A DNA stretch of 35,452 bases from Ignavibacteriota bacterium (GCA_963801355.1 CAWDEM010000007.1:1-35452); one strand, 5' to 3'. Positions 17,118 through 26,219 are shown, counted from the stretch's first letter. Program-made: numbers and translations. Notes: generated by a model from the sequence alone, not told the origin.

Positions 17118-18998
17118 ATGCTCTTTCCCCAACAGAATGCATATCGTACTATCCTCGACCTGAGCGGGTTCTGGAACTTCAGGCCTGATCCAGACGACGC
17201 CGGCAAGAACGACGCGTGGTTCTCGAAGGGTCTGCCGGAAGAGACCTCGTTGATTGCCGTCCCCGGTGCGTGGAACGAACAGCTCGCAGAGAGCGGCCTG
17301 AAGAACTTCGTTGGCTGCGGATGGTATGAGACAACTTTTATGTCGCCCCGGTTTGACAAAGCGGCGAACCGGCTCCTGCTGCGGATTGGCGCTGCAGATC
17401 ATCGTGCCTCTGTCTGGTTAAACGGCACACCCTGCGGCTTCCATGAAGGCGGGTACCTGCCGTTCGAAGTGGATCTCACCGGAGTACTGCGCGCGGAGGG
17501 GGCCTCCAACCGTCTGGTCATCTGTGTCGACAGCCGGCTGACCATGGAGACCATCCCGCAGGGAATCGATCCCGACGCCGCTCCCTACAACGGCTCAGGA
17601 TACGATCGCCGCCACCTCTTTCCTCCGACGCGATTCGACTTTTTTCCGTACGGCGGTCTCACGCGTCCGGTGCAGCTTCTTCTGGTGCCGGCCAGCCGCA
17701 TCACATCGATTGCCGTGCAGAGTTCTTTAGCCGGGAGAGTGCATGTTACCGTCGGCGCAACAGGGGCAGGTGCCGTCGGATCATTGGAAGTCCATGACGG
17801 AGACAGGGGGTGCGTAGCACTCTCCATCGACCTTGCCTTCGTGGATGGCAAGGCTGTGTGCGTTGTTGATATTTCCAATCCCCGCCTCTGGTCTCCTTCG
17901 ACACCTCATTTGTACACAGCTGTTGTACGACTCCGGGATTCCTCGGGGAAGGAAGCCGACAGATATGATCAGCCGTTCGGGATTCGCGAGGTCGCCATCA
18001 AGGAGGGCACGTTGCTCCTGAACGGGGAGCCGCTGTACCTTGCCGGCTTCGGTAAGCACGAGGATTTCCCGATTGTAGGACGCGGCCAGTTCCGGCCGGC
18101 CTATCTCCGTGACTTCGAACTGATGCGGTGGGCTGGGGCGAATTCGTTCCGGACGAGCCACTATCCGTACGACGAAGAAGTGCTCCATCTTGCCGATCGT
18201 CTGGGATTTCTGGTTATCGACGAAGTCGCCGCGGTCAGCCTGGGTTTCCCCTCCGACCGCTTCGAGGATCTGACACCGCTGCTGGATGTTCACCGGCGGA
18301 CACTGACGGACCTGATCGAACGGGACCGGAATCATCCCAGTGTTGTTGCCTGGTCGCCCATGAATGAGCCGAATCTCTGGAGCGAGCCGCACTATCAAAA
18401 CGATGCAAGCCGCCGCTATTTCCGCGCCATCTTCGATCATGTGCGCAGTCTCGATGCAACGCGCCCCACCATCGCAATCACGATGGGGGTATTTTCGGCA
18501 GAGGACGTGGCACTCGAGGCTTGTGACATGATTGGGATCAACAGGTATTTCGGGTGGTACACCGAGCCGGGGGATTTGGCGAGGGCACGAGCTTCCCTGG
18601 AAAAGGAGATGGATGCGCTCCACGAGAGGTACGGACGTCCGATAATGATCACCGAGTGCGGCGTCGACACGATGGAGGGTTATCACGCGACTACAGCGCA
18701 GATGTTCACGGAGGAATATCAGATCGAATTCCTACGTACGTACGCCTCGGTGGCCGACCGGAAGCCGTTCTGCGCGGGATTTCATGTCTGGAACTTCGCC
18801 GACTTCCTGACCCCGCAGCATTACCGGCGGGTAGTGCTTAACAAGAAAGGTGTATTTACGCGCGAACGGAACCCGAAAGGTGCGGCATTCTTTCTGCGAG
18901 AGCACTGGAGATCTCTGACCCGCATTAGGGCGAACCACCGGCCAAAGGGTCAGAGCGGATCGTTTCTCGTCGAGGATGTGAAGCCCAGCGGTACGTAA
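17118..18998 (+). CDS. uidA: GH2 beta-glucuronidase-like enzyme, cytoplasmic
   Basis: LDLSGFWNF, HEGGYLPFE, DFFPYGGL, GFGKHED, GANSFRTSHYPY, acid/base MNEP, YFGWY, nucleophile ITECG, WNFADF and the uronidase N-K motif NKKG. No signal peptide. GGAG RBS before ATG 17118. Confidence 0.9.
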   Translation: MLFPQQNAYRTILDLSGFWNFRPDPDDAGKNDAWFSKGLPEETSLIAVPGAWNEQLAESGLKNFVGCGWYETTFMSPRFDKAANRLLLRIGAADHRASVWLNGTPCGFHEGGYLPFEVDLTGVLRAEGASNRLVICVDSRLTMETIPQGIDPDAAPYNGSGYDRRHLFPPTRFDFFPYGGLTRPVQLLLVPASRITSIAVQSSLAGRVHVTVGATGAGAVGSLEVHDGDRGCVALSIDLAFVDGKAVCVVDISNPRLWSPSTPHLYTAVVRLRDSSGKEADRYDQPFGIREVAIKEGTLLLNGEPLYLAGFGKHEDFPIVGRGQFRPAYLRDFELMRWAGANSFRTSHYPYDEEVLHLADRLGFLVIDEVAAVSLGFPSDRFEDLTPLLDVHRRTLTDLIERDRNHPSVVAWSPMNEPNLWSEPHYQNDASRRYFRAIFDHVRSLDATRPTIAITMGVFSAEDVALEACDMIGINRYFGWYTEPGDLARARASLEKEMDALHERYGRPIMITECGVDTMEGYHATTAQMFTEEYQIEFLRTYASVADRKPFCAGFHVWNFADFLTPQHYRRVVLNKKGVFTRERNPKGAAFFLREHWRSLTRIRANHRPKGQSGSFLVEDVKPSGT

Positions 18999-19018
18999 TC
19001 ACAACGGATACAGCGACA

Positions 19019-21589
19019 ATGCGGAAACTCCTCCTGACCGTCGTTCTCTGTGGCATGTGTATCTGTCCATCCCTGAGCGCACAGCGTACGGTGCCAATAG
19101 TGCCCCAACCCCAAGTGATCAGGGAGCTGGGTGGGTACGTCACCTTCATCCCGGCACAAACGTCCATCCAGCTGGCTATCCGCGACACCGCCGCTATCAT
19201 GCCGGCGATCAACGACCTCTGCTCGACCTCCGTTGCGCTCTATGACAAGGCGCCATCGTTCGCAGGGAAGGGCCGCCTTCTCCTCAGGGCAGGCGTCTTT
19301 GGCGTTGATCCTCGGTTTGACCGCCTCTGTGCAAGGAAAGGACTTGCCGCGGAAGACCGCCTGGGAGAAGAAGGCTATCACCTGCTGATCGAACCCGGAA
19401 CCATCCTTGTGGCAGCCCGATCGCCTCGCGGCGTTTTCTATGGACTCCAATCCTTCCATCAGCTTCTCAGGGGAGCAGCCTCGTCGAAGGGCAGGATACC
19501 GGCCATGAGGGTGAGTGATTGGCCGGTCATGCGTGTCCGTGCGGTAATGGACGACATCAGCCGGGGACCCGTGCCGACGCCCGCATACTTTCGTCAGCAG
19601 ATCCGGAGGAGTGCTGAGCTGAAGGTGAACACGATGTCCTACTACACAGAGCATGTCGTAGCCACGAGGAGTCACCCCGAGTTTGCACCCCCCGGAGGAG
19701 CGCTCAGCATCGCCGAGTGGAAAGAGATCGCTGCCTTTGCCCGCATGTACCATATCGATCTCATCGGCAACTTCCAGTCATTCGGCCATTTCGACAAGAT
19801 CCTGGCCACGCCCCGGTATGCGCATCTGAAAGATGGCAAGAGCTTGCTTTCTCCCGCACTCGATGAGAGTTATGCATTGCTCCGGGATGTCTATGATGAA
19901 ATGGTTCCCGCATTCTCATCACGGTTCTTCAACGTAAACTGCGACGAAACATTTGACCTGGGACGCGGGCGATCCAAAGCGATGGTGGACAGTCTCGGAA
20001 AGGGGAGGGTGTACCTCGGACACATTCTGAAACTCAGAGAGATGCTCCAACGTCTGGGGGTGCGCATGGTCGTCTGGGGGGACGTCTTGCTCGAGCACCC
20101 CGAAGTGATCGAACTTGTTCCCAGGGATGTGGTCATCGGGACCTGGACATACGACTCGCTCGCCGACTTCCGCCGTTACATCACGCCCTTCACATCCCGG
20201 GGGTTCGATGTGCTCGTCACCCCCGGGGTGCTGAATTCAGGGAACGTCCTTCCCAATTTCCGGCAGTCATTTGCCAACATCCGGCGGTTTGTCCGCGACG
20301 GCGTGGCGGAGCACGTCATGGGCGCGATCACAACGGTATGGGATGACGGGGGGACGGCGCAGTTCATGAGAGACTGGTACGGCGTGGCGTATGCCGCCGA
20401 TCAGATGTGGAATTCCGACACGCTCGACACATCCTTCCCGCAGCGATTCGACGTCGCGTTGTACGGCGACCAACAGCACGTACTCTCGCGGGGCATTGAC
20501 ACACTCCTTCAGTTGGCTGATCTTGCCCCGACAGACGGCATGAGTGAACGGAATCTCTGGCAGCCCGTTATCCCGCCTCCGGGCCAGTCGATGCGCCTGG
20601 ATATGACAGATTGGGAACGGGTGCTTTCAACTGCGGACGCGGCGGATGCCGTTCTTCGCAGCGGTCACTCTCAGGTATGGCCGGAGGACCTGGATGCAAT
20701 GCGGTTCGTTGCAGAGCTCTATGCCGGAGTGGCCCGGTTGCGTCTTGGCATCCGCGATGCGGCGGAACGTTACAGAGTTGCGGTGCAGGACCAGCAGCCA
20801 GAACCCGGGCGCGCCCGGGAGGGTGTAGTGGTAGCTTTGAATATTGTCGGGAATTTGCGCGACGAGTACAGGCGGCTGAAGACCCGTGCCATCACGACGT
20901 GGCTGATGGAGAGCCGCCTCTTTGCGCTTGATTCGGTGGAGCGTTTCTATGACGAGCGAATCCGGGACCTGTCGGATGTAGAACAGCACCTCCGCTCTGC
21001 GCTGGCCGGCTTTGAACAAGGCCGACCCCTTCCATTGCCGGAGACAGTGAGACTCGGCATCATCGAATCGACGGGCGGGTATTTCCGCGACTGGCTGGTT
21101 ACGGGACCCGTGGAGGGAAACGAGATCTCGACGGACTATCTTTATCCCATGGGGGGTGAAGCACGGAACATCCGGCCTCGTGTGACCCAGGAATTTGTCC
21201 GCGCGGGCAAAACCTACAGATGGAGCAGGCTCTCCGCGCGCACAGCCGCGGAAATTGATTTTGCGCAGTTATTCCCCCAGGCGGGCAAATCGACAATGTA
21301 TGCCTATGCGACGATTGAAAGCCCTGCCGCCATGACAGTTCCCGCCCTGCTGGGCTTTGGAGGGAGCATGCGTGTTCTCATCAACGGCATCCAGGCCTAC
21401 CAGCGTGAGGGCCGCGAGAGCTTGATCGTCGATGAGGACACGCTCTATATTCCTCTCAACCCCGGAATCAATCACCTCCTGATCAAGATCTGCAGCGGAA
21501 CTTCCGGCGATTGGGGATTCTCCTGTCGCCTCTCCGATTCCGCCGTGCGGAACAGGAAAAACCGGTATCGAGTCGTCCTGCAGAACTGA
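19019..21589 (+). CDS. GH20-like beta-N-acetylhexosaminidase with C-terminal beta-sandwich domain, secreted
   Basis: Signal peptide. GH20 domain 2 (IVPQPQ...EEGYHLLI...GVFYGLQSF), DWP..RAVMDDISRGPVP, QSFGH, catalytic pair in NVNCDETFDLG, and TTVWDD. Confidence 0.85.
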   Translation: MRKLLLTVVLCGMCICPSLSAQRTVPIVPQPQVIRELGGYVTFIPAQTSIQLAIRDTAAIMPAINDLCSTSVALYDKAPSFAGKGRLLLRAGVFGVDPRFDRLCARKGLAAEDRLGEEGYHLLIEPGTILVAARSPRGVFYGLQSFHQLLRGAASSKGRIPAMRVSDWPVMRVRAVMDDISRGPVPTPAYFRQQIRRSAELKVNTMSYYTEHVVATRSHPEFAPPGGALSIAEWKEIAAFARMYHIDLIGNFQSFGHFDKILATPRYAHLKDGKSLLSPALDESYALLRDVYDEMVPAFSSRFFNVNCDETFDLGRGRSKAMVDSLGKGRVYLGHILKLREMLQRLGVRMVVWGDVLLEHPEVIELVPRDVVIGTWTYDSLADFRRYITPFTSRGFDVLVTPGVLNSGNVLPNFRQSFANIRRFVRDGVAEHVMGAITTVWDDGGTAQFMRDWYGVAYAADQMWNSDTLDTSFPQRFDVALYGDQQHVLSRGIDTLLQLADLAPTDGMSERNLWQPVIPPPGQSMRLDMTDWERVLSTADAADAVLRSGHSQVWPEDLDAMRFVAELYAGVARLRLGIRDAAERYRVAVQDQQPEPGRAREGVVVALNIVGNLRDEYRRLKTRAITTWLMESRLFALDSVERFYDERIRDLSDVEQHLRSALAGFEQGRPLPLPETVRLGIIESTGGYFRDWLVTGPVEGNEISTDYLYPMGGEARNIRPRVTQEFVRAGKTYRWSRLSARTAAEIDFAQLFPQAGKSTMYAYATIESPAAMTVPALLGFGGSMRVLINGIQAYQREGRESLIVDEDTLYIPLNPGINHLLIKICSGTSGDWGFSCRLSDSAVRNRKNRYRVVLQN

Positions 21590-21600
21590 AGGTTCGCGCC

Positions 21601-22866
21601 ATGACATCACATCGTATCATCCCGTCCCTCTCCCTTGTGCTCCTTCTTTGCATTGCGGCGGGGGCGCAGACAAAAAAGAGTGACCTCCGGGAAGAGATCC
21701 TCAATGCTATCGTCTCATGTTCCGACTACATGACCGGTGTGCTGATCGACAGTACGGGTAAATCCCGTTGTGATTACCAGATGGTGAAAGGCCTATGGCA
21801 GGACTATGAACCGCCATGGCATACCGGACAGATCATCAACGCGCTGGTGGAGGCACACCGTGTGACCGGGAATCAACGCTTTCTCGATGGGGCACGGAAG
21901 GCCGGCGACTGGTGGGTCGGGATGGAGATCAGAGACCATCCGGTGCTTCGGGGGATGGTACGCGCCATTCACGGTGACGGTCTCGAGTACATCGTGTTCG
22001 CCACCGTGTCGGATGGTACGCCGGGACTCTTCCGTTTGTACCGGGCCACGGGCGAGCAGCGATATGCCGAAGTGCCGACCAATGCCGGCCGGTGGATGCT
22101 GGCGAACATGTACAACCCCCAGCACCGCGTGTTCTATGATTGCGTGGACCCGCTCACGGGAAAGGTCATGAAAGAGCGGAGTCCCTTCTGGCCGGCAAAA
22201 CAGAAGCAGAGCATCTTCGATGTCGCCCGCCCCAACAATGAGGGATCGCTCTTCAAGGATATGTATCTGTACACGCGGGACGAGCGCTACCGGTCAATGT
22301 TCATCGAACTCTGCGAAAGCCTGCTTTCATATCAGGACGAGCATGGTCTGTGGATGCAGTTTGTGCCAAACAATGCGAGTGACAGTTCGTTCCATCCGCG
22401 CTTCAATCTGTGGTATGCGGAGTCGTTGCTGGAGGGGTATGTATTGACGAAAGATCCTCGCTACCTGGAGGGCGCCCTGCGAACTGCCCGGACCTATGCG
22501 AAGTTCATGCAGAAGGATGGAACCTTCTACTACACAAACTATCTCAACGGGAGTTCCAACAAGAACTCCATCTGCGGTTCCGCGACTGCATTCTGCGGCA
22601 TCGTATGGCTCAGGCTTCTCGAGTACGGCGTGGGCGAGGAATTCCGGCCCTTGATCGAGCGTGCCGCAGCTTGGATCCTCAACAACAGGTTTGCCCCGGA
22701 CCATCCCGATCCAAATCTCGCGGGCGGTGTGCTGGAGACGCGGGTCCGCACAAAGGGGTCGGGCGTCTGGCTGGTGAATAGAGACATCGCCACGTCGTTC
22801 GGTGTCCGGTTTTTGTGCGACTACTATACATGGATGACGAAAGGGGCGGAGAAGAAGATCAAATAG
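21601..22866 (+). CDS. Secreted six-hairpin glycosidase-like protein, family unassigned
   Basis: 421 aa from ATG 21601 with a signal peptide. Repeated hairpin motifs (AHRVTGNQRFLDGA, LYRATGEQRY, MYLYTRDERY, GYVLTKDPRYLEGA). Confidence 0.8.
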   Translation: MTSHRIIPSLSLVLLLCIAAGAQTKKSDLREEILNAIVSCSDYMTGVLIDSTGKSRCDYQMVKGLWQDYEPPWHTGQIINALVEAHRVTGNQRFLDGARKAGDWWVGMEIRDHPVLRGMVRAIHGDGLEYIVFATVSDGTPGLFRLYRATGEQRYAEVPTNAGRWMLANMYNPQHRVFYDCVDPLTGKVMKERSPFWPAKQKQSIFDVARPNNEGSLFKDMYLYTRDERYRSMFIELCESLLSYQDEHGLWMQFVPNNASDSSFHPRFNLWYAESLLEGYVLTKDPRYLEGALRTARTYAKFMQKDGTFYYTNYLNGSSNKNSICGSATAFCGIVWLRLLEYGVGEEFRPLIERAAAWILNNRFAPDHPDPNLAGGVLETRVRTKGSGVWLVNRDIATSFGVRFLCDYYTWMTKGAEKKIK

Positions 22867-22914
22867 TGCTACTGCAATAGTCTGACGATCGGCATAAACA
22901 AGCGGAGGTCATAC

Positions 22915-23667
22915 GTGCAAAATCATGAAGTGGCGGTACACGTGTTTTCGAGCCGTGAGCGGATGGGTGATGCAGCCGGCCAAGCGGTGCGCGGAGCGCT
23001 GTTCGAGGTTCTGAAGAACAAGCCGGAGGCACGCGTAGTATTTGCCGCCGCCCCGTCCCAGGTGGAGTTTCTCGCCGCACTCGTCCGGTTTGACGACATC
23101 CCCTGGCAACGGGTGATTGGCCTCCATATGGATGAGTACTTCGGTCTTGCGAAAAATGCTCCTCAGAGCTTCGGTTTCTTTCTGCGGCAACATATATTCG
23201 ACCGGGTTCCGTTCGGGCGGGTTGAATACATCGATCCCACAACGGTGGACCCCGCCTCCGAGTGCAGGCGCTATGCAGAAGTACTGAAGCAGGCGCCCAT
23301 CGATATCATGTGCATGGGGATCGGAGAAAACGGGCATATTGCGTTCAACGATCCGCCCATCGCCGATTTTGCCGACCCTCTCACGGTGAAGATTGCCGAT
23401 CTCGACGAACGGTGCCGGCAGCAGCAGGTGAACGATGGAAGCTTCCCGACTCTTGCAGACGTGCCGCGGCAGGCCATCACGCTGACTATCCCCGCACTTC
23501 TCACTTCGCCGAGAATCTTCGTCGTTGTGCCGGGGCCGAGAAAAGCGCAGGCGGTGCATGATGCCCTGCGAGGTCCGGTAAGCAGCGCGTGCCCGGCTTC
23601 TGTGCTCCGGACACATCCCCGGGTGGAATTGTTTGTTGATGCACAGTCGGCCGCACTCTTGAGGTGA
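22915..23667 (+). CDS. nagB: Glucosamine-6-phosphate deaminase-like protein (NagB family variant)
   Basis: GGAGG RBS plus GTG start. HMDEY, GIGENGHIAFNDPP, VPRQAITLTI and CPASVLRTH. The phosphate loop is FAAAPSQ rather than the canonical GxxTGxTP. Confidence 0.8.
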   Translation: MQNHEVAVHVFSSRERMGDAAGQAVRGALFEVLKNKPEARVVFAAAPSQVEFLAALVRFDDIPWQRVIGLHMDEYFGLAKNAPQSFGFFLRQHIFDRVPFGRVEYIDPTTVDPASECRRYAEVLKQAPIDIMCMGIGENGHIAFNDPPIADFADPLTVKIADLDERCRQQQVNDGSFPTLADVPRQAITLTIPALLTSPRIFVVVPGPRKAQAVHDALRGPVSSACPASVLRTHPRVELFVDAQSAALLR

Positions 23668-23670
23668 ACG

Positions 23671-24909
23671 ATGAGACGGCATGCAAGGCAAATCCTCCTC
23701 GCCGGCTTCATCATTCTGGTCACTGCCTGTACCTGTACGGCCCAGAATGATCCACGGGCGGTGCTTCAGCGCATCACCAACCGGATCGTGCAACAGACTT
23801 CCTACCAGATCGTCGACACTGCAACAAAGGCACTCCTCCCGGCCGGACAGCTGGGGAAAGTGTCGCACTCCGTGCGGATTGCCAGTGACTATAACGACTG
23901 GACATACTTCATGGGAGTGGTCTTGAGCGGAATGATGAGCGTTGCCGATGCAACAGGGGAGGAGGAACGCCGGGCGTACGTCATTCGCGACTTTGATTTC
24001 ATTTTTGACTGTCTGCCGTACTTCCAGGAACAATGGGAGGTCCTGCAGGTGAGGCGGGCGAGCTATTACCGGATATTCAGGATGAACATGCTCGATGACT
24101 GCGGCGCAATCGGTGCGGCGCTGGTTGACGCGTACCGGCAGAAGCATGATGAACGGTATCTCCGGATGATCAGAAAAATTGCAAACTACATCAGCAACGT
24201 GCAGCTTCGACTTGAGGATGGGACGCTTTCCCGCCCGGATCCGAGATACATGACCCTCTGGGCAGACGATCTCTATATGAGCGTGCCGTTCCTTGCCCGC
24301 ATGGGTACCCTGACAGGCGAGACACGCTATTATGACGATGCGGCCCGTCAGGTGACGGGGTTTATGTCCCGATTGACTGATCCAGAGACAGGGCTTTTGA
24401 AGCACGCGTGGTTCAGTGATTCGAAGACCGTCTCGGTTGCTTCTTGGGGACGTGCAAACGGATGGGCCATCATGGCGCAGGCGGAACTCCTGCGTCATCT
24501 CCCGTCCAACTATCCGATGCGCGATTCGCTGGAGCAGCTGTTCCGCCGGCACCTCCTGGCACTCTGCCGTTATCAGGATGCCACCGGGTTGTGGCATCAG
24601 GTGCTGGACCATCCAGACTCGTACCTCGAGACCTCCTGTTCTGCAATGTTCTGTTACGGGCTTGCGTTTGCCGTGAACACCGGGATAATCAAAACCTCTT
24701 ACCGTGACACTGCACACAAAGCCTGGAAGGGAGTTGCCTCACGTGTGCGTGCAGACGGCCAGATCGAGGGGATATGTCGCGGGACAGAAGTGGGATTCGA
24801 TCTGAAATTCTATTACGATCGTCCGGCACCCCTAAACGATACACGTGGAATCGGTGCTGTACTCCTCGCGGGCGCCGAGCTCATCCGTCTTGACCGAAAG
24901 CAGCGTTGA
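23671..24909 (+). CDS. GH105 (GH88/105) unsaturated uronyl hydrolase, secreted or lipoprotein
   Basis: LDDCGA, LWADDLYMSVPFLAR, WGRANGW, GLWHQVLD, SYLETSCSAMF. The N-terminal signal has a possible lipobox VTAC. Confidence 0.9.
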   Translation: MRRHARQILLAGFIILVTACTCTAQNDPRAVLQRITNRIVQQTSYQIVDTATKALLPAGQLGKVSHSVRIASDYNDWTYFMGVVLSGMMSVADATGEEERRAYVIRDFDFIFDCLPYFQEQWEVLQVRRASYYRIFRMNMLDDCGAIGAALVDAYRQKHDERYLRMIRKIANYISNVQLRLEDGTLSRPDPRYMTLWADDLYMSVPFLARMGTLTGETRYYDDAARQVTGFMSRLTDPETGLLKHAWFSDSKTVSVASWGRANGWAIMAQAELLRHLPSNYPMRDSLEQLFRRHLLALCRYQDATGLWHQVLDHPDSYLETSCSAMFCYGLAFAVNTGIIKTSYRDTAHKAWKGVASRVRADGQIEGICRGTEVGFDLKFYYDRPAPLNDTRGIGAVLLAGAELIRLDRKQR

Positions 24910-24963
24910 AGCGATACGGCAGACATCCATCACGCCTCTACCACGCAGCATGCTGACCGTGGT

Positions 24964-26037
24964 ATGACACTCCAGGACCTCACCCCGTATCTGGACGACC
25001 TCGAACAACGGATTGACGAGGCCGCAGAAGCCTCACTCTTCCAGGCTTGGGTGGAGTTCACGGAGGGAAGGTGCAGTGAGCCGCTGTTCGCGCCTTACAG
25101 GTCTCTCCGGAGACCTCCCAATCTTGACTGGCCCGCCGCCAGTCTCAATTCGACTCTCTCCGATCCCCTGTTGATGCTCTACCATCAGCTTTCCGTGAAC
25201 TCCAGAATCCTTGCCGGGGGAACCGGCGCACTACTCGGTATTCGTGCGAACTTTGGCACGCCGATTCTCCCTTCGATGTACGGCGCCAGTCTCTACCTGA
25301 TGCCGGAGGCAACAGACACTCTTCCTACCTGCTACCCGCTCCCGGGCGGGTTGGATGATGCACTCCGACTTCTGGACAAGGGAGGGCCGGATCTGACAGC
25401 GGGCCTGGCCCCCGCGGTGCTCGAAACGGGAGAGCTTTTCCGCGACGTGCTCCGGGAGCGCCCGCGTCTTGCGCGTCGCATTACACTCTATCACCCTGAT
25501 TTGCAGGGTCCGATGGATGTGTGTGAACTTCTTCTGGGGAGTGAACTCTTTACCGATCTCATCGATCGTCCGGAGGGAGTCCACGCCGTGCTGCAGTCAA
25601 TTACGGGAACCTATGCAAGATTTATGAGACGCTGGCTGGAGATCGTCCCGCCGATGGAGCGTTGGAGTGTTCACTGGCATATGCTTCACCGCGGACGGAT
25701 CATGCTAAGGGATGATTCCGCCACAAACCTGTCGCCGGCGATGTTCGAGGAGTTCATCAAGCCGTACGACCAGGAGCTGCTTGAAGCGTTTAGCGGTGGA
25801 GGGTTACACTTCTGCGGCAGGGGAGACCGGTTCATTGAGGTGGCCGCGACCATCCCACGTCTGCACGCGATCCATATGTCTCAACCGGAGCTTAATGATG
25901 TTGAGAAGGTTCTCCGGCACACAGTGGATAGAGGGATCCATATCATCGGACTGAAGCGCGAGGCCGGGCAGCAGTTGACACGGCAGGGGAGTCCACTCAG
26001 GGGGCGTGTCCACTGTTGGGATGGGATTCCGAAGTGA
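24964..26037 (+). CDS. Uroporphyrinogen decarboxylase/MtaA-like (URO-D/CIMS fold) protein of unknown function
   Basis: DLQGPMDVCELLLG, DDSATNLSPAMFEEFIKPY and GLHFCG motifs. It lacks the HemE N-terminal PVWxMRQAGR signature. Confidence 0.75.
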   Translation: MTLQDLTPYLDDLEQRIDEAAEASLFQAWVEFTEGRCSEPLFAPYRSLRRPPNLDWPAASLNSTLSDPLLMLYHQLSVNSRILAGGTGALLGIRANFGTPILPSMYGASLYLMPEATDTLPTCYPLPGGLDDALRLLDKGGPDLTAGLAPAVLETGELFRDVLRERPRLARRITLYHPDLQGPMDVCELLLGSELFTDLIDRPEGVHAVLQSITGTYARFMRRWLEIVPPMERWSVHWHMLHRGRIMLRDDSATNLSPAMFEEFIKPYDQELLEAFSGGGLHFCGRGDRFIEVAATIPRLHAIHMSQPELNDVEKVLRHTVDRGIHIIGLKREAGQQLTRQGSPLRGRVHCWDGIPK

Positions 26038-26063
26038 CCGGACCGAAGCGTTCAACAGCCTCA

Positions 26064-26092
26064 TTGACTTCACAACACTAAGTCCGTATTAT
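26064..26092 (+). promoter_or_regulatory. Sigma70-type promoter for the NhaC-family gene
   Basis: TTGACT (26064-26069), N17, TATTAT (26087-26092). Confidence 0.7.
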
Positions 26093-26219
26093 CTCACTAT
26101 TGAACCGCTGCTTCAGGCCGACATCACGTGTCCGTTCCGCTCCCAGAGCGATTTCATATCAATATTGGTGTCTCTGACTTCATCCTTCGACCACCACCGA
26201 ACATCCAGGACGAAACATT

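Noticed and set aside
22909-24717. 602-aa ORF on the - strand (and similar long antisense ORFs, e.g. 6114-7283, 2167-3045, 13578-14534, 17781-18686)
   Set aside because: They lie opposite well-supported genes and have no recognisable motifs. They are typical shadow ORFs of GC-rich coding DNA.
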